In this document: piece after piece, positions 59,818-64,000 of the stretch
Layout: the number at the start of each line of letters is the position of its first letter
Numbering within the stretch: position 1 is the stretch's first letter
DNA from: Candidatus Poribacteria bacterium
GTDB lineage: Bacteria; Poribacteria; WGA-4E; PCPOR2b
Length of the DNA: 64,000 bases
Assembly: GCA_965218095.1 (NCBI GenBank)
Contig: OZ244587.1
Location: 1,568,001-1,632,000, forward strand
Direction: 5' to 3'
Notes under the pieces: model-generated
The model's input: the letters and a program-made list of their open reading frames with translations, nothing else
The model's database searches: none
Told to the model about the DNA's origin: nothing
Position numbers and translations under genes: made by a program

Positions 59818-60984
59818 ATGGCAGTCGCCCAAAACAATCTCGACTCTTATCTCACGGCAGCTCGTGAACTGGCGCCCCGTGTGGCGGCTGCTGCAGACCG
59901 CATCGATCGGGAGCGAGCGCTGCCGCCAGAGCTTTTTATGGAGATTGCGGACAAGGATTTTTTCCGCCTGCTCGTGCCTCGCTCCCTCGGTGGTGGGGAG
60001 ATCGACTATCTGGAGTATCTTCGCATCATTCATACCTTTGCTGAAGCCGACGGTAGTACCGCTTGGTGTATCAACCAGAATAATGTCTTTGCGACCGTCT
60101 CTGCCAAAATGCCCGAGCGGCTAGCGCAAGAGATCTGGGGTAACCAACATGCGGTGGTCGCAAATGGTCCCTCGACAAATGCCTTTGCCGTTCCTGTCAG
60201 TGGGGGTTACCGTCTGACGGGGCGGTGGAATTTTAGCAGTGGATGCCGCCATGCGACCTGGATGGCTGCGGTCGCTCCCATCAGGCACCCCACCCCTGAC
60301 ACAGACGCTTCGACGGACAAGACGGATGTCCGGATGCTGATCATGCCGAAGAAAGATGTGGACCTCGTAGACGTTTGGCAGGTCAATGGGCTTCGTGGGA
60401 CTGGGACTTTCAGCTTCGAGGTCGAGGATGTCTTCGTCCCCGGCCTCCGGACGTTCAACCCGTCCGACACCCCTCGCGAAGGTGGCGCACTGTATGTGAT
60501 GCCAATGTTGCTACTTTTCGCTTCGGGATTTGCATGCGTGGCACTCGGTGTCGCCCGTACGGCTCTTGATGGCGCCATTGAACTCGCTGGTGGTAAGCGG
60601 CCCCGCTTGGATCGAGACCTGCTGCGAGACAAACCTGTCGTCCAGCGGGAGATAGGCAAAGCAGAGGCAGTCTGGGGCTCGGCGCGAGTGTTTCTTCTCG
60701 ATACCGCATCCGCAGCGTGGGAGAGCGCGTGTCAGATTCACGCCTTGACGCTTGAGGAGCGCATTCGATTACGACTGGCTTCGACCCACGCCATCCGCAT
60801 GGCGGCCGAGGTGGTTGATATTGCCTACAACGTGTGCGGTTCCGACGCCATTTTCGAGAGCAATCCGATTCAACGCCGATTTCAGGACGTACACGTCATC
60901 ACGCAGCAGATTCAGGGGCGTATGGCCCACTATGACACGGCAGGGCAGTTCTTCCTGGGTTTGGAACCTGAAGGCATGTTCTGA
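59818..60984 (+). CDS. Flavin-dependent monooxygenase, acyl-CoA dehydrogenase fold (HsaA-like)
   Basis: VPRSLGG.E, DGSTAW, G.WNFSSGC.HA.W, W.V.GLRGTG, IQRRFQDVH. Confidence 0.9.
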   Translation: MAVAQNNLDSYLTAARELAPRVAAAADRIDRERALPPELFMEIADKDFFRLLVPRSLGGGEIDYLEYLRIIHTFAEADGSTAWCINQNNVFATVSAKMPERLAQEIWGNQHAVVANGPSTNAFAVPVSGGYRLTGRWNFSSGCRHATWMAAVAPIRHPTPDTDASTDKTDVRMLIMPKKDVDLVDVWQVNGLRGTGTFSFEVEDVFVPGLRTFNPSDTPREGGALYVMPMLLLFASGFACVALGVARTALDGAIELAGGKRPRLDRDLLRDKPVVQREIGKAEAVWGSARVFLLDTASAAWESACQIHALTLEERIRLRLASTHAIRMAAEVVDIAYNVCGSDAIFESNPIQRRFQDVHVITQQIQGRMAHYDTAGQFFLGLEPEGMF

Positions 60985-61125
60985 CGGCGTCGTGAGTTGA
61001 GCGCGTTAGCTAAACCTTATAGAAGCTGAAAAGAGAGACCATTAGATCGGGGCAGGATCGTCTGCCCAACTTGCACCAAGCCTTTAATATAAGCCAACTT
61101 TATCAGGATAACTCCCCCAATCGCC

Positions 61126-61443
61126 CTATTGCATTGGTGAGAAAGAGGTCGGAACGAGCAGGTGTGAGATGATTTCCTCGACGATGGGACCATTGGCTTC
61201 GGTCTGTTCCTTGGCTTTTATCCATTCCGGATCCGCCCGAAAAGCATCCCATGCCTTGTCCATCGCCGCTTCGTTTTCAAATCTGCAGATGTAGACCAGG
61301 TCGTTGGCATCCGAGCGAGTCCAGAAGCCGACGACTTCGATACCGTGCTTCTCGAAGAGGTTGAAGGTGATAGTTTCAAACCGGTTGAGGATGTCCGGCA
61401 TCCGACCTTCGGGAATTTTATAGGTTCGGAGTTCGTAAATCAT
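61126..61443 (-). CDS. NIPSNAP family protein
   Basis: MIYELRTY, LFEKHGI..VGFW, WDAFRADPEW, L.PTSFSP. Confidence 0.92.
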   Translation of the reverse strand: MIYELRTYKIPEGRMPDILNRFETITFNLFEKHGIEVVGFWTRSDANDLVYICRFENEAAMDKAWDAFRADPEWIKAKEQTEANGPIVEEIISHLLVPTSFSPMQ

Positions 61444-61482
61444 TGTCAATCTCCTTTCGATTTTAAAAAGCATCCGTTCTCT

Positions 61483-62541
61483 CTACACATGAAATACATA
61501 CAAATCCCGATTCTGCATCGGCAACTCGACCCACCGGCCGCCCTGCCGATGGCTCTCCGCCACTGTGATGCACGCCTCTGTGATATGGTGTGTGACTTCA
61601 ATATTGCCGAGTGATGGTCGTCCCGACTCATACGAGTCTATTAGGTCTTCCAAGCAAGAAACGACCGTGCGCACCGGTGCGACCTCTGGAAATGACTGCC
61701 CCTCCCATTGCAGCGGCCAGCCTTCGGTCGTATTTCCCTTCCGGAACGTCACCGCCGCGCCATCGCGCATCGATCGGATAGTTCCTTCCGTCCCAACGAC
61801 CTCATACTCCCGTCCACCCGCTGGCGCCGACCACGCCTCTATTCCGTTGGCAAAGGAGAGTTGAAACATTCCCTGCGGATCTTCCTCAAGCCGGTTGTCC
61901 TCAATCTTCAGATTTCGGGGTAGCAGATCTCCGCGTACCGTCGCAATCCGTGGATCGCCCAGCAAGTAAGAAAGGGTATCCATCCAATGAATGTGCACAT
62001 GCATCAGACTCGCAGCCCCATAAACTACCGCCGCTTGAGGTTCACCTATGTCTCCTCGCGCAATCATCTGTCGTATTATTTTGTACTGTTCGCTAAACCG
62101 CCTCAACACGCCGGTATTGAACACAGTTCCATGTTTGCGACAGGCTTCAAGGACTTCATCAGCCTTCTGCACGGAACAGGACATTGCCTTCTCAACGAAA
62201 AGCATCGGCGCCCCGGCGTTCGCCGCATGGACCGCCATATCTGCGTGTGCATCGTCTCGAAAGGCTGTTGATGGCGCTCGACTGCCAGGTTTGGGCAAGC
62301 CGGTTGCGGTCGTACACACCGCCACTAGATCTGGCTGCTCCTGCTCGATCATTTCCTGGTAGTCTTCGTAAACCGCCGCTATGCCCCATTTTTCTTGGAA
62401 TGCCTCCCGCCGCTCCGGGAGGGTCTCCGCCCCCGCCACGACTTGAAGCCGTTCACTCGCCTGGGACGCCGACGCAATCGATTGGTCAAGTGTACTGCCC
62501 ATACGCCCTAGCCCCACAATCACTACTCGGTAGGTCTTCAT
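61483..62541 (-). CDS. Gfo/Idh/MocA family oxidoreductase
   Basis: IVGLGRMGS, PDLVAVCT, EKAM, GDIGEP. Confidence 0.88.
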   Translation of the reverse strand: MKTYRVVIVGLGRMGSTLDQSIASASQASERLQVVAGAETLPERREAFQEKWGIAAVYEDYQEMIEQEQPDLVAVCTTATGLPKPGSRAPSTAFRDDAHADMAVHAANAGAPMLFVEKAMSCSVQKADEVLEACRKHGTVFNTGVLRRFSEQYKIIRQMIARGDIGEPQAAVVYGAASLMHVHIHWMDTLSYLLGDPRIATVRGDLLPRNLKIEDNRLEEDPQGMFQLSFANGIEAWSAPAGGREYEVVGTEGTIRSMRDGAAVTFRKGNTTEGWPLQWEGQSFPEVAPVRTVVSCLEDLIDSYESGRPSLGNIEVTHHITEACITVAESHRQGGRWVELPMQNRDLYVFHV

Positions 62542-62664
62542 TGTATCTTCCTCCACGTATAAACTATGAAAATGTGCAAAGGTGTTGCACGGTGTATCTT
62601 TAACCGCTCGGATGTTATCACAAATACAGGTGGGAGGCTATGAAAAACTTCAGCCTATATTGTA

Positions 62665-62680
62665 GGTTCTGTTGACATTT
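62665..62680 (+). mobile_element. Isolated left TIR of the IS5 element
   Basis: ta|ggttctgttgacattt identical to 46136 onward. Confidence 0.7.
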
Positions 62681-62720
62681 GACAGATTGAACCCATCTCC
62701 GTTCCGGGAGTCAGCATTTT

Positions 62721-62810
62721 GGGCAGGCACAAGACCTGCCCCTACATTTGGTTGATTCCTGTAGGAGCAACCCCCCGATGGATCGGGATTCAAAGCAACT
62801 TGTGGTTGCC
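62721..62810. repeat. Two GTAG-type REP hairpins, the second carrying a 26-bp insert
   Basis: gggcaggcacaagacctgcccctaca; gtaggagcaaccc[insert]ttgtggttgcc. Confidence 0.7.
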
Positions 62811-63006
62811 ATGCTATCGGTCGATTTTCCAAAATCGACATTTTTGTGTCGAGATATGAATCTCGACTTACTATATTGGCTATCAACTTTATGCTTGACT
62901 CCGTGTAGGGGGCGTGGTACAGTAATTTTGCTTTTTCTTGTATCAGTTTATCGAAACTCACTCAGATAGTTATGCCCCGTTAACGTGGGCAAAAAGGAAT
63001 TGAGAA

Positions 63007-63627
63007 ATGAGTCGAATACCATACATCACGTCCGAAAGCTTTACTGAAGCGCAACAGCGTCTCTTCAAAAGTATCACCGGCGGCAAGCGTAGTGAAGGAC
63101 GGGCTCCCGAAGATCTCCTCAACTCAGAAGGGGGGATGAGCGGTCCCTTCAACGCGTGGCTCAAAAGCCCCGTGTTAGGTGAAGCGGCACAACGGCTCGG
63201 CGAGACGGTCCGTTTTGAAAGCGCTATCCCGCCGCAGCTTCGAGAACTGGCAATCTTAACGGTTGCGGCCAAATGGAAGGCGCAATATGAGTGGTGGGCG
63301 CATGAGAGAATTGCGAGACAGGAGGGCCTGGACGAACGGATAATAGAAAGCCTCAAGGCGGAGGTGCTCCCAGATTTCTCCAATCCAACCGAGGCGGTGG
63401 TCTATAACTTTGCCCGAGAATTGCTTGAGGTACATCGGGTATCGGGGCATCTATACGATGAGGCAGTCGAACTGCTCAGTGAAGCAGGGGTTGTGGAGCT
63501 AGTGGTCCTGCTCGGTTACTACACGTTGGTGTCAATGACGCTGAACGTATTCGAGGTGCCGGTGCCCGCCGGTGAGAAAGCGCCCTTCGTTAGCACTGAA
63601 GCGGGAAAAGATCGCGCGGATGCCTAA
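63007..63627 (+). CDS. Carboxymuconolactone decarboxylase (CMD) family protein
   Basis: GPFNAWL.SP, RELAIL, YEWWAH..IA...G, VELV.L.GYY. Confidence 0.9.
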   Translation: MSRIPYITSESFTEAQQRLFKSITGGKRSEGRAPEDLLNSEGGMSGPFNAWLKSPVLGEAAQRLGETVRFESAIPPQLRELAILTVAAKWKAQYEWWAHERIARQEGLDERIIESLKAEVLPDFSNPTEAVVYNFARELLEVHRVSGHLYDEAVELLSEAGVVELVVLLGYYTLVSMTLNVFEVPVPAGEKAPFVSTEAGKDRADA

Positions 63628-63658
63628 CAGGGATGTGAAGGACAAAAGGAGATTGTTT

Positions 63659-64000
63659 ATGTGGCTCAGTGGTAAGGTCGCAATCATCGTTGGAGCCGGT
63701 CAGACGCCGGGGGAAACCATCGGCAACGGCAGGGCAACCGCGATTCGCTTCGCAAAGGAGGGAGCGCGGGTGCTTCTCGTTGACAAACGACCCGATTCGG
63801 CAGAAGATACCGCCCGGATGGTAAAAGAAGCCTCCGGTGAAGCCTCGGTCCTCGGTGCAGATATAACCGTTGAGAAGGATTGTCAGGTCATTGTCAAAAC
63901 CTGCGTTTCTCTCTACGGGCGCGTCGATATCTTGCATAACAACGTTGGGGTCTCAGCAGGTGATGCTGGCGCGGTCGATTTGACCTTGGAAAATTGGCAG
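63659..64000 (+). CDS. SDR family oxidoreductase (runs off the right edge)
   Basis: MWLSGKVAIIVGAGQTPGETIGNGRATA.RFAKEGA.V...GRVDILHNNVG. Confidence 0.9.
   Translation, partial: MWLSGKVAIIVGAGQTPGETIGNGRATAIRFAKEGARVLLVDKRPDSAEDTARMVKEASGEASVLGADITVEKDCQVIVKTCVSLYGRVDILHNNVGVSAGDAGAVDLTLENWQ

Noticed and set aside
59622-59867. 81-aa ORF before the monooxygenase
   Set aside because: Overlaps the next gene and looks like a gene fragment.

Overview
Bacterial chromosomal window. The gene content (secreted WD40+dockerin protein; expansions of PhyH dioxygenases, Gfo/Idh/MocA oxidoreductases, GHL10-like and BNR proteins) suggests Ca. Poribacteria or a similar lineage; this is inference only. The first 21 kb is mostly envelope and housekeeping genes (UPF0182, peptidase-propeller-Omp85 protein with lipoproteins, apt, tRNA-Arg(CCT), secD/secF, an NtrC-type two-component pair), with decayed toxin-antitoxin pairs in between. 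From 21 to 64 kb lies a catabolic accessory region in heavy decay (nonsense codons, frameshifts, IS5 copies, MITEs/REPs, orphan hsdS, attC-like remnants). Main signals: (1) an unannotated DUF5069-like gene (2243-2488, minus) with an in-frame TGA at the position where I recall the family has Cys, followed by a bSECIS-like hairpin, so a candidate selenoprotein; (2) a 2.07-kb group IIB intron (30536-32607) inserted exactly between an RBS and its ATG, with its RT core deleted and two antisense cargo ORFs; (3) a similar small accessory domain inserted in both SecF and UPF0182, and a different one in SecD; (4) a ~26-bp mini-element inserted into two unrelated REP hairpins at CCC^TTG. All protein family calls come from motif recognition, not database searches.
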